From the UHGV virus genome UHGV-0312576: a stretch of 64,000 nucleotides of DNA. One strand, 5' to 3'. Positions 1-8,150 of the stretch are shown piece after piece. The notes under the pieces were generated by a model that was given only the letters and a program-made list of their open reading frames with translations, searched no databases and had not been told where the DNA came from. The translations under genes and the position numbers were made by a program. Within the stretch, counting starts at the first letter, position 1. Every line of letters begins with the position of its first letter. The DNA comes from a virus.

Positions 1-66
1 ACACGTAACTCGTTAAGTCTTTTTGCAAATGATGGTGGATAAAAGAAAAAAAACATAAAACACCTC

Positions 67-95
67 TTGACTTTCGCTTGCAAATGGCATACAAT
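67..95 (+). promoter_or_regulatory. candidate sigma-A type promoter
   Basis: TTGACT (67-72), 17-nt spacer, TACAAT (90-95). It lies ~300 nt upstream of the 395 CDS, so the target gene is uncertain. Confidence 0.3.
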
Positions 96-394
96 GGTTT
101 TGTATTCTAATAGCAAGCGAGTTTGGCTTAAGAATAGCGGCTCTGCTCCGACCAAAGAATAGAAGCCACTATTCAACATACTTGGATTAAATCCAGTCAA
201 GTACATTTTATCTTACTTTCTGGACTATTTCAAGTCATTTTTCCAAATTCCCGTACTTTGACAATTTGAATAGATTGACCACCTAAGATGGTTGATGTAA
301 TCGACTTGTAAAATTCTTAATAGTGTGCGATCAAAAATGGAGAATAAATCTATAGAACACTATTAACATAGTCTATGGAAAGGAAGATTATAGT

Positions 395-1324
395 ATGAGG
401 AGAACAAAGGAACAGGAAAAGATTGATAATATTATCTCTGATAGAAATATAAGGGATAAATGTGTAAGTCACTATGAGGTATTGGAAAGAGTAAAAGAAT
501 TATTCCTTTTACCAGATACAGATTTAATGTCAATCAATCAGGTGGCAGAATATTATGAAGTAAGCCCTCAGTGGATTAAGGACCTGTATACACAAAATAA
601 GAATGAGATTGACTCCGATGGTACAAAAATGATTAAAAGAAATCATTATGATGGAAGTCTTTTAAAAACTACTTCCGTTGAAAAGAAGCAAACTTCCGTT
701 ACATACATATTTGATAATGGACAGATTGTAACTATCAATAATAGAGGATTAAAAGCGTTTAGTAGGCGAGCTGTTTTGAGAATTGGAATGTTGTTACAAC
801 AGTCTGATGTGGCGAGAAGAGTAAGAGACGCATTGCTAGACATTGAAGAAAAAGCTTCGCCAGAAGTTAAAATCAAAGATATTGAAGAAGAGCAGAATCT
901 TATGATGGAGGTTGGCCGGGCTGTAGCAAGTGGAGATGCTAATGCTGTTGCCATTGCTTCAACCAATCTTATTGCTTTTAAGAATCGTCATATTGAAAAG
1001 CTGGAAAATGACAATAAAAGACTTGCTGGTGAGATATTAGAATGGTCCGATAGGAACAGACTTAATGCTGGAGTAAGAAAACTTGCTTCTGTGACCGGAA
1101 TTCATTTTAGTAAGATTTGGAATGAGTTATATAAGAATCTTCAGTACAAATATAGAATTTATCTAAAGCAGCGTGGCGGAACACCTTATATACAATGGAT
1201 TGATGAAGATGAGTGGAAGAATGTACTAAAAGTATTTTGCGCAATGTGTGAAGCATATAAGCAATCTCCCACAGAGATGTTCCAACAAACAACGCCAAAA
1301 GAAAATTTACATAATGCAAGTTAG
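395..1324 (+). CDS. phage regulatory protein, antirepressor-like (weak family call)
   Basis: 309-aa ORF with a GGAAAGGAAG RBS. Sits next to a divergent XRE repressor and is reminiscent of phage Ant/ORF6N-type proteins. No catalytic motif could be verified by eye. Confidence 0.35.
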   Translation: MRRTKEQEKIDNIISDRNIRDKCVSHYEVLERVKELFLLPDTDLMSINQVAEYYEVSPQWIKDLYTQNKNEIDSDGTKMIKRNHYDGSLLKTTSVEKKQTSVTYIFDNGQIVTINNRGLKAFSRRAVLRIGMLLQQSDVARRVRDALLDIEEKASPEVKIKDIEEEQNLMMEVGRAVASGDANAVAIASTNLIAFKNRHIEKLENDNKRLAGEILEWSDRNRLNAGVRKLASVTGIHFSKIWNELYKNLQYKYRIYLKQRGGTPYIQWIDEDEWKNVLKVFCAMCEAYKQSPTEMFQQTTPKENLHNAS

Positions 1325-1364
1325 AAATCTCCGGACAAAAGAATCGTTTAATAAAAGACGATAC

Positions 1365-1739
1365 CTAATCCGTATCGTCTTTTTCATGACGCGACTTTGA
1401 AGCTTTTTGCAATAAGTCAATATATCTAGCAAAACGTTCCTGTTGACGTAAATCAGAAAGCTTATCACAATTTCTTGATTCTAATATAATTGGAAGTAAT
1501 TCAGATGACAGTTTTTCGATTTCTATACTGTACCTAATATTCTTATCATCAGACACGATGATTTCATTTGGTGTACAGTCTAGTTCTCGACATATTGATT
1601 CTAGTATTTCCAATTTTATACTTGTTGAATTGCCGTTATATATTGATGTGATTGTAGGGTACGTCACACCAATACGTTTTGCTAATTCATAACGACTCAT
1701 GTTTTTAGATTCTAGTTTGTCTTTTATATTTAGCTTCAT
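1365..1739 (-). CDS. XRE-family helix-turn-helix transcriptional repressor (CI/Cro-like, no peptidase domain)
   Basis: MKLNIKDKLESKNMSRYELAKRIGVTYPTITSIYNG is a classic XRE HTH. The internal ATG at 1739 is preceded by a GAGGT RBS; the ORF-track start at 1781 is probably too early. Confidence 0.75.
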   Translation of the reverse strand: MKLNIKDKLESKNMSRYELAKRIGVTYPTITSIYNGNSTSIKLEILESICRELDCTPNEIIVSDDKNIRYSIEIEKLSSELLPIILESRNCDKLSDLRQQERFARYIDLLQKASKSRHEKDDTD

Positions 1740-1901
1740 TATATATACCTCACTATATATAAAGTATACCACGAATAGCAAATAAATAGTATATAAAAAA
1801 TATTTACTATATATGCTTGACTTTATATATAGATAAGTATATAATAAGAGGCATAGTATTAAGTAAGCGTAGGGCTACATAAGAGGAAGGGAGGTAAATA
1901 C
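1740..1901. promoter_or_regulatory. divergent promoter/operator region of the lysogeny-control locus
   Basis: AT-rich. TTGACT (1817-1822)-17-TATAAT (1840-1845) reads toward the mazF-like gene. Three copies of the ACTATATATA(G) motif (1752-1764, 1806-1817, 1823-1835) recur as inverted pairs at 29903-29950 and 44035-44080. Confidence 0.5.
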
Positions 1902-2270
1902 ATGGATATTAGATTCGGTGATGTTGTTCAAGTAGATTTTGGCAAGACTACTGGGTCTGTTCAAGGCAGCGTACGACCGTGTGCAGTTATTCAGAATGAT
2001 GTTGGAAACAAATATGGCCCTACTACAATAGTTATACCTTTCACGTCAGAATTGAAAAAAGTAAATATGCCAGTACATGACATTTTACATAAATCTGAAA
2101 ATAATGGCTTAAAAAACGATTCGCTGATTTTAGGAGAACAGGTGAGAGTCATAGATAAATCCATGGTATTATATAAATTAGGTTCTCTTAGTGAAGATGA
2201 ATGTAATAAAGTTATTGGAGTATATTTGAGAAATTTGCCAAAAAGGAGATTTGCAAATGGAACAGCATAG
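1902..2270 (+). CDS. mazF: MazF/EndoA (PemK) family endoribonuclease toxin
   Basis: Near-colinear match to B. subtilis EndoA/NdoA: GDVVQVDF..G(S)VQGSVRPCAVIQND.GNK.GPTTIV.P.TS...K..MP.H.......GL..DS.IL.EQ.R.IDK. GGAAGGGAGG RBS. Confidence 0.85.
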   Translation: MDIRFGDVVQVDFGKTTGSVQGSVRPCAVIQNDVGNKYGPTTIVIPFTSELKKVNMPVHDILHKSENNGLKNDSLILGEQVRVIDKSMVLYKLGSLSEDECNKVIGVYLRNLPKRRFANGTA

Positions 2271-2550
2271 AAGAATGACAAAAAGAGAACTTATAAATAT
2301 GATTGAAGAAGAATATGGAGAAGATACAAAATTTGATGTTCACACAATTAATTTTGATGCCGGGCAAAAAATATCTGATATAGATAAAGTGAGTAAAAAG
2401 AGGATTTGCTTAATTGCAAATGAGTCAAAGAGCATTATTTTTTCGGGAAATCAATACTTATCGCATGTTGACATCCATAGTGTCTTTCAGCCAAATATAT
2501 ATGATATTAAGCCTATGGGGGTGATGAAAACTATAATGTTACGGGAGTGA
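2257..2550 (+). CDS. hypothetical protein overlapping the 3' end of the mazF-like gene (candidate cognate antitoxin in reversed order)
   Basis: 97-aa ORF starting at ATG 2257, with an AAGGAG RBS inside the end of the toxin gene (14-nt overlap). No recognisable fold. Confidence 0.45.
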   Translation: MEQHRRMTKRELINMIEEEYGEDTKFDVHTINFDAGQKISDIDKVSKKRICLIANESKSIIFSGNQYLSHVDIHSVFQPNIYDIKPMGVMKTIMLRE

Positions 2551-2564
2551 AGCATAAAGAGAAC

Positions 2565-2615
2565 AGAACAAACGTTCTTTTTGAGGTTGACACGAACATA
2601 TGTTTGGATTATAAT
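2565..2615 (+). promoter_or_regulatory. SOS-regulated promoter: two LexA (Cheo-type) boxes overlapping a sigma-A promoter
   Basis: AGAACAAACGTTCT (2565-2578) and CGAACATATGTTTG (2593-2606) both fit GAAC-N4-GTTC. TTGACA (2587-2592)-17-TATAAT (2610-2615). The 20-mer TTGACACGAACATATGTTTG recurs exactly at 59590-59609 upstream of lexA. Confidence 0.7.
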
Positions 2616-2662
2616 AGCCATATAGCAAAAATATCTTCGAGTTAGCGAAGATACAAATAAAA

Positions 2663-2718
2663 AGACCCGTCCTCAAACGGTGTTGGTGCACCTCGGACGA
2701 GTCTCTTATATAATTTTT
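2663..2718 (+). terminator. intrinsic-terminator-like hairpin plus U-tract ~50 nt downstream of the SOS promoter
   Basis: AGACCCGTCC (2663-2672) pairs with GGACGAGTCT (2695-2704), one mismatch, then TTATATAATTTTTT. A second hairpin, ATCTTCG-AGTTAG-CGAAGAT (2633-2652), precedes it. Confidence 0.4.
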
Positions 2719-2846
2719 TCTAAAATGGCAGAAGCCACGCTTTATTATTACATAGTAGTATTTGTATTGTCAAGTATTTTGTTTTATATCTAAGCGATTC
2801 TGCTATTGTTCCGCGACCCAAAATTAAATAGAGAATATATCTTGAT

Positions 2847-2919
2847 AGGGCTATAGCCAAGAGGTTAAGGCATCGCACTTTGACTGCGAGACTCGTGCGT
2901 TCAAATCGCACTAGCCCCA
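2847..2919 (+). tRNA. tRNA-Gln (anticodon UUG)
   Basis: Manual fold: acceptor AGGGCUA/UAGCCCC (A1.C72 mismatch), D stem GCC/GGC, anticodon stem UCGCA/UGCGA with loop CUUUGAC, 5-nt variable loop, T arm GUGCG-UUCAAAU-CGCAC, discriminator A. No encoded CCA. Confidence 0.7.
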
Positions 2920-2994
2920 TTAACTTTTTGTACCCATTTTTAAAGAAAGGAATGATGAGACACGTATATTTTAACTAATGGTAAGGACTATATT

Positions 2995-3618
2995 ATGGAA
3001 AATCCAATGAGGTGTGGCGATTATAGGTCATCGACATCTCCCAACCATGCAAAGCAGTTTACTTTTAAGCAGGCCAGAAATTTACTTCGGATAAACAAAA
3101 AAGGGTTGTCGTGGATTCAATCGGGGCATTTTTACATGGTTGATATGGATAGTGGGGAAAAGGAGAGCCGTGTCCCTAAATACAGCAATGAGAGTATCTT
3201 TACAGACCAAAAGAGTATTGAGTTTGATAACTCTATATTGGATGAAGTAGGTTTAGAGGTTGGTGCAATTACTGGATTGGCTGCATGGGATATAACTCAG
3301 CTCAATGCATACAACGCAGCGTTAAAACAAGGACTATCATTTTACGATAGTGCACTATCCGATATTGATCATGCCAGGATGAACCGGAGGCCACCAGCTC
3401 ATGTGATGACCAAGGTGGATAGGATCAGAAATGAACTCAAGGAAAAGCGGCGAGACATTAAACAGTCGATGGTATACATAGAGGTTCTGACACGGGCATT
3501 GAAAGAGCAATGGTCAATAGGCAAGACCAAAATGGAACTCTCAAAATCCAAATATTCCTCCTACAAAGGGAGAACTAAATATTATGACATGATGGAGCAG
3601 CTTTTACGAGGTTATTAA
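2995..3618 (+). CDS. hypothetical protein; first protein gene downstream of the SOS promoter (candidate antirepressor)
   Basis: 207-aa ORF, no recognisable domain. Confidence 0.5.
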   Translation: MENPMRCGDYRSSTSPNHAKQFTFKQARNLLRINKKGLSWIQSGHFYMVDMDSGEKESRVPKYSNESIFTDQKSIEFDNSILDEVGLEVGAITGLAAWDITQLNAYNAALKQGLSFYDSALSDIDHARMNRRPPAHVMTKVDRIRNELKEKRRDIKQSMVYIEVLTRALKEQWSIGKTKMELSKSKYSSYKGRTKYYDMMEQLLRGY

Positions 3619-3645
3619 TACATAAATTGAGGGAGCTTATTTCTT

Positions 3646-4320
3646 ATGGACTTAACGAAGCAACAACAGTTATTTGCTGGTTTGACGCCACAACAACAAG
3701 ATACAATTAATTTTTATCATGATAACAATATGGCGATGCTTAGAAAGATTTGTGACCCTATAATTTATCGCAAAGGTGTATCACTCATGGACTATGATGA
3801 ACTGTATGATGTCGCGTCTGATACATTGCTGGAAAGTCTCGGAACCTATGATGAATCAAAGGGGAGTCAGTTTAGTACATATTTGAAAGGCAATATCAAC
3901 CGTGCCTTCTATGATTGGACAAGAGATAATCGTAGATTTAAGCGCTGTAATTTAACAGAGGAAAGAGATGAAAACGGAAACCTTGCAAAAGACAAGAATG
4001 GAAAGCAAAAATATGTAGTTATTGCAGACATTTCTATTGATGCTCCGATTGGAGATGATAGTGAGTCAACGCTTGCTGATATGCTTCCATCAGGTTTTGA
4101 TTTAGAAGCAGAGTTGGCTGAAGAAATTGGTATTTCGTCTGGAAGTAAGATGGAAAAATACCTTGAAAAGCTGTCCAAAAAGCAGAGGCAAGTTGTTGGT
4201 TATTTATCTGAAGGATATAAACCATCAGAGATAAAAGAATTGCTACATATTTCAGAGAAAGAATATTCGGATTGCATGATGGCAATCCGAGCTTATAAAA
4301 ACATAAAAATATTGTTATAG
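3646..4320 (+). CDS. sigma-70 family RNA polymerase sigma factor (phage-encoded, ECF-like size)
   Basis: Region-2-like DELYDVASDTLLESL...FSTYLKGNINRAFYDW and a region-4 HTH LSKKQRQVVGYLSEGYKPSEIKELLHISEKEYSDCMMAIRAYK. Confidence 0.7.
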   Translation: MDLTKQQQLFAGLTPQQQDTINFYHDNNMAMLRKICDPIIYRKGVSLMDYDELYDVASDTLLESLGTYDESKGSQFSTYLKGNINRAFYDWTRDNRRFKRCNLTEERDENGNLAKDKNGKQKYVVIADISIDAPIGDDSESTLADMLPSGFDLEAELAEEIGISSGSKMEKYLEKLSKKQRQVVGYLSEGYKPSEIKELLHISEKEYSDCMMAIRAYKNIKILL

Positions 4321-4340
4321 ATTATTGGGAGGATTTATAC

Positions 4341-5750
4341 ATGGTAGAACCTATTAGGGAGCACACTTATTCACTTTCTGCGTATTTAGACGCTACCAAG
4401 GAGGAAGATATTCGGGAAGACCAGGATGTCCAACGGCTATCGGGACAGTGGGATACAAGTATGATTAATGAGTTGGTCTATACGGTTCTTACCAGGGACT
4501 ACATTCTTCCAATTATTATCGGAGAAGAGGATTTGGAAGGTGGGATGACTCAGTTATGGCTGGTAGATGGTGTACAGAGGACATCTAGTTTCATTTTATT
4601 CCGCTTTGGAAATCACAAAATCACCTCTTCAATATCGGAAGCTCACAAGACTGTAGACTATCAGGTAAGAGCTATAGATGAAGATGGGGAATTTATTAAG
4701 GATGAAGATGGGAATTTTGTATATGAAACTAGAACATGTAATTTAGTAGGAAAAACTTTTGATACACTTCCAAAGGAGCTTCAGAAGGAATTTGATAGAT
4801 TTCAGATAAAGACAGTCATTCATCAGCATTGCACAATGGAGAAGATATCAGAATTAGTGCGTCGCTATAATAACCATAAGGCAATGAATGCTGCGCAAAC
4901 AGCATTTACATATGTTGACAAATTTGCGAGACGGATTAGAAATATTACAGAGCATAAATTTTTTACAGAGTGTGATGGATTTTCTGAAAAGGAAAAGAGA
5001 AGTGGTGTATATGAACGTGTTGTATGCGAAACAACTATGACTATGTTTCATTTAGATGATTGGCAGAAGCAAAGTAAAAAGATGGGAATGTATTTAAATG
5101 AACATGCCACTGACAATGAGTTTGATATAGTGAATAGGACTTTGGATAAAGCATTTGATATGGGGCTTGCGTCATATGATCAGATTTTTACTGCAAAAGA
5201 TGCGTTTATCTGGTTTGCATTATTTCAAAAATTCAACAATATTGAACCTAGTAGCGATAAATTCACAACATTTCTCGATGCCTTCGTAAATGAGTTACAC
5301 AGTAAAGTAGTAGATGGTGTATCATTTGATGAAATTAATACCAACAGAGCCACTAAGGATAAGGCGGTAATCAAAAGAAAACTGGTATTACTTGAAAAGT
5401 TGATGAGGGATTTCTTACATATTGAAGAAGTAGCATCAGAACAGTTTATAGCTGAAAATGTTGGACTGAACATCGAATCAGTTAGAAATGATATGGACTT
5501 TTATAACCAGATGCTTGACGACCTGGAGGATAGAACAATTAAAGATGGCTCAAAACTTTTGAATCCGGATAACAGATTATCATTGCTGACGCTTGTGGCT
5601 TATACAATTGAAAATGATATTGATTTAGATGATTGGATGTTAGAGTATGCAAAGAATAATGATACATATTTTATGGATCAGAAAAAGAATTATTTACATA
5701 TGAGACAGGAACTGGAGAAGTTTCTAAATAAGAAGGTGGTAGCTGCATGA
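4341..5750 (+). CDS. DUF262 (ParB/Srx-fold) protein without an HNH/DUF1524 partner domain
   Basis: N-terminal signature LPIIIGEEDLEGGMTQLWLVDGVQRTSS (DGQQR-type motif of GmrSD N-domains). No HNH motif in the C-terminal 300 aa. Confidence 0.6.
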   Translation: MVEPIREHTYSLSAYLDATKEEDIREDQDVQRLSGQWDTSMINELVYTVLTRDYILPIIIGEEDLEGGMTQLWLVDGVQRTSSFILFRFGNHKITSSISEAHKTVDYQVRAIDEDGEFIKDEDGNFVYETRTCNLVGKTFDTLPKELQKEFDRFQIKTVIHQHCTMEKISELVRRYNNHKAMNAAQTAFTYVDKFARRIRNITEHKFFTECDGFSEKEKRSGVYERVVCETTMTMFHLDDWQKQSKKMGMYLNEHATDNEFDIVNRTLDKAFDMGLASYDQIFTAKDAFIWFALFQKFNNIEPSSDKFTTFLDAFVNELHSKVVDGVSFDEINTNRATKDKAVIKRKLVLLEKLMRDFLHIEEVASEQFIAENVGLNIESVRNDMDFYNQMLDDLEDRTIKDGSKLLNPDNRLSLLTLVAYTIENDIDLDDWMLEYAKNNDTYFMDQKKNYLHMRQELEKFLNKKVVAA

Positions 5751-5905
5751 TTCATGATGATATTCGCTGCGAATGGTGTCGCAGTGGCTACTGTGAATGT
5801 TATGGTGATGCTGAAGAACAGGAACAGAGGGAGACAAATTGGCCGTGCATTGGCACAGAAGATGAGATGATTGCATGTGGACAGTTAGAACAGGAGGCAT
5901 TGTAA
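5747..5905 (+). CDS. small Cys-rich protein (52 aa)
   Basis: ATG overlaps the stop of the upstream gene (ATGA). Begins MIHDDIRCEWCRSGYCECYGD. Below the ORF-track size cutoff. Confidence 0.3.
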   Translation: MIHDDIRCEWCRSGYCECYGDAEEQEQRETNWPCIGTEDEMIACGQLEQEAL

Positions 5906-6111
5906 TGAAATTGTATATGGCAGTAACACCAGATAGATATGAGTTGCCTTTGGCTCCTCCTGATACCGCTAAAAATTTGGCTGAACTATTTGGTACTACT
6001 CCTAATAACATATGGGCACAGGTCAGCCATCAAAAATCAAGAGGAGAACGTAAAAGAGTTAATTATCACAATGATATTGGTGTACGATTTGTTTTGGTTG
6101 GAAATATTTGA
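5905..6111 (+). CDS. hypothetical small protein
   Basis: ATG 5905 is preceded by a CAGGAGG RBS; the ORF-track start at 5875 is an upstream alternative in the same frame. Confidence 0.45.
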   Translation: MKLYMAVTPDRYELPLAPPDTAKNLAELFGTTPNNIWAQVSHQKSRGERKRVNYHNDIGVRFVLVGNI

Positions 6112-6182
6112 TTAGAATGGGCAATGTGGTAATAAAACAAATCTCCCCTTAAGGCTGAAATACCTAAAGGGGAAAAAATTAG

Positions 6183-6527
6183 TTATGATGGGCGATACGG
6201 AAATCCATTCGCTGAATATGGTGTACCCTGCCAAGTAAATGCGATATTTGGTTGCCAAGCAGGAGGAACAGCAGCGAGAGCTGCGGTAACAGCTGCATTA
6301 CCAGCAGTCTCATAAAAATTTTTCTTCTCATCACTATCTCCATCGGAATAATTTGTATCATGATGAGGACTAGGATATAAGGGATATTCATACGATGCTA
6401 CAATCGGACTGCCGGCTGGTGGGGTGATATAAAATCCACGATTTCCGGGGCCATGATGTTTTTTACCTCCACCATACTGTATTTCTTTTACTGAGTAACC
6501 TGCCGTAGTAGTTGTTATAATTGGCAT
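6183..6527 (-). CDS. hypothetical Pro/Tyr-rich protein on the opposite strand (moron-like)
   Basis: 114-aa ORF with an AGGAGGTT RBS on the minus strand; low-complexity sequence. Confidence 0.45.
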   Translation of the reverse strand: MPIITTTTAGYSVKEIQYGGGKKHHGPGNRGFYITPPAGSPIVASYEYPLYPSPHHDTNYSDGDSDEKKNFYETAGNAAVTAALAAVPPAWQPNIAFTWQGTPYSANGFPYRPS

Positions 6528-6653
6528 ATAATAACCTCCTTTTTATTTGATAGACAAATTATAACACCTTAAAATAGCAAGATACACAAACTGTCATATA
6601 TAGCATCAATAATGGCATGGATGGTTAAACAACTAGCAATCAAGGAGAATAAG

Positions 6654-6782
6654 ATGGCGAAAGTAAAGATCAATATAGAGCAAGGTATAATCTATGAGTG
6701 CCCGGCCTGTGGGAATAATGTTGAACTTGGACAGTATTATTGCCAGGACTGCGGTGAGCCGCTGGAGTGGGTGGAAGAGTAA
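6654..6782 (+). CDS. small zinc-ribbon protein
   Basis: 42 aa, CPACG...CQDCG, RBS AAGGAGAA. Confidence 0.45.
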   Translation: MAKVKINIEQGIIYECPACGNNVELGQYYCQDCGEPLEWVEE

Positions 6783-6827
6783 CTAATAACTGAACTTTAG
6801 TATAATTCAAAAATGGAGGCACTGCAT

Positions 6828-6968
6828 ATGGAAGAGTTAGAAAAAGCACTGGAGGGTATCGACTTAACTGAAGAGGAAAGACAGTTAATTGAATGGATAT
6901 CAGGATGGGATCACTCTACTGTAACGCGATTTATTAAAATTATTAGAAAGTGTCGAAATCAGAAATGA
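6828..6968 (+). CDS. hypothetical small protein (46 aa)
   Basis: ATG after an AATGGAGG RBS. Confidence 0.35.
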   Translation: MEELEKALEGIDLTEEERQLIEWISGWDHSTVTRFIKIIRKCRNQK

Positions 6969-7060
6969 TGAAACAGAAATGGCCTGGTCGTATGGACCGG
7001 TGCCAGAAGAGTGATTGTAAAAAGTGTCATTGCTATTATTAAAACTTTGGAGGATAAAAA

Positions 7061-7240
7061 ATGAAGTGTAATTATTGCAAAGTCGAGATGAGGCGCGCAG
7101 CATATACTGACAACACTATTTATTCCACATCAGAAATCTATGATGTTTCCGAAGGAACTGATGTTGGAAAACGAAGATATGTAGGGAAAATATATTATTG
7201 TCCCCATTGCGGCAACCTACAAGTGAATCTGTTAGATTAG
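7061..7240 (+). CDS. small zinc-ribbon protein
   Basis: 59 aa, CNYC...CPHCG, RBS TTGGAGGA. Confidence 0.45.
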   Translation: MKCNYCKVEMRRAAYTDNTIYSTSEIYDVSEGTDVGKRRYVGKIYYCPHCGNLQVNLLD

Positions 7241-7255
7241 GATTTGGAGGAATAC

Positions 7256-7438
7256 ATGAAAGCGAAAGAATTGGCAGAAAAGTTGTTGGAGAATCCAGAA
7301 TTTGAGGTTAAGGCAATCCATTTATATCCGAGCATAGGTTGGGGATTGACCATGGAAAAATATAGTGTTAATGGTCTTGCTGACGTAGGATACAGTGATG
7401 GTGTGGCTGTTTTGGATTTAGAACGAGAAGAAGATTAG
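7256..7438 (+). CDS. hypothetical small protein
   Basis: ATG 7256 after a GGAGGAATAC RBS. Confidence 0.4.
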   Translation: MKAKELAEKLLENPEFEVKAIHLYPSIGWGLTMEKYSVNGLADVGYSDGVAVLDLEREED

Positions 7439-7464
7439 TAGCATTTAGGAAGGAGGAGACTAAA

Positions 7465-7593
7465 ATGTTTATAGTAACTACAGAGATGGGAACAAGAGAC
7501 GAGTGCTCAACAATTAACGAAGCCATAGAGGAAGCAAAAAGAATAGAGGCTAGTATACTACATCCGATAGCTTTTATTCATGAAGAAAATTAA
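7465..7593 (+). CDS. hypothetical small protein (42 aa)
   Basis: AGGAAGGAGGAG RBS. Confidence 0.35.
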   Translation: MFIVTTEMGTRDECSTINEAIEEAKRIEASILHPIAFIHEEN

Positions 7594-7620
7594 GGTTTTA
7601 AGAAAAAAAGAGGTGAAGAT

Positions 7621-7797
7621 ATGCCAGACAATACACAGAGGATTGATGATTGTGAGTGCATCTATTGCCATCACGTTTTTGATGGTAAGCAGGCTTGCAA
7701 CTCAAATATGGACGCTGGTGTCGTGGAGTGTCCAAAGTGTGGCAGGGAAATGGGCGTGAGTTTATCTATTGAGTATTTGTGTTATTCAGTAGATTAG
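7621..7797 (+). CDS. small zinc-ribbon protein
   Basis: 58 aa, CECIYC...CPKCG, RBS AGAGGTGAAG. Confidence 0.45.
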   Translation: MPDNTQRIDDCECIYCHHVFDGKQACNSNMDAGVVECPKCGREMGVSLSIEYLCYSVD

Positions 7798-7823
7798 GAT
7801 ATTCCGTAGAAAGCAGGTGAATT

Positions 7824-8150
7824 ATGTACGGAAATGAAGGCGAAAAATGGGTAATGATAACCGAGTTATCTATAAATGGATTAATGATTAATGAGGTCGG
7901 TACAGAATTTGAGATTGCCCCATATTACTCTGTACCACATGGGTATACATCCATCAAGTATGAGGGCATACTGCTTTTCATCCCAGATGATATATTTAAC
8001 GAGCATTTTGTAAAGCTGGAGAAATATAAACAATATTATCAACTGGGAGATGTTATTAAAATTAATGACAATGGAAATCTGAGTGAGTATATTATCGAGG
8101 ATATAACCGGTGATGGGCATTATGTGACGTTACATCTTGAACATAATTAA
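7824..8150 (+). CDS. hypothetical protein
   Basis: 108-aa ORF. Confidence 0.45.
   Translation: MYGNEGEKWVMITELSINGLMINEVGTEFEIAPYYSVPHGYTSIKYEGILLFIPDDIFNEHFVKLEKYKQYYQLGDVIKINDNGNLSEYIIEDITGDGHYVTLHLEHN

Noticed and set aside
2847-2919. tRNA-Gln as the integration target (att) of this element
   Set aside because: Its 3' end (GTGCG-TTCAAAT-CGCAC-TAGCCCC) does not match the tRNA-like core next to the integrase (ACGGG-TTCGAAT-CCCGT-ATGCTCC). It sits directly behind an SOS promoter, so it is more likely a phage-expressed tRNA.
2720-2920. 66-aa minus-strand ORF from the six-frame track
   Set aside because: Lies antisense across the tRNA-Gln gene (2847-2919) and has no RBS; spurious.
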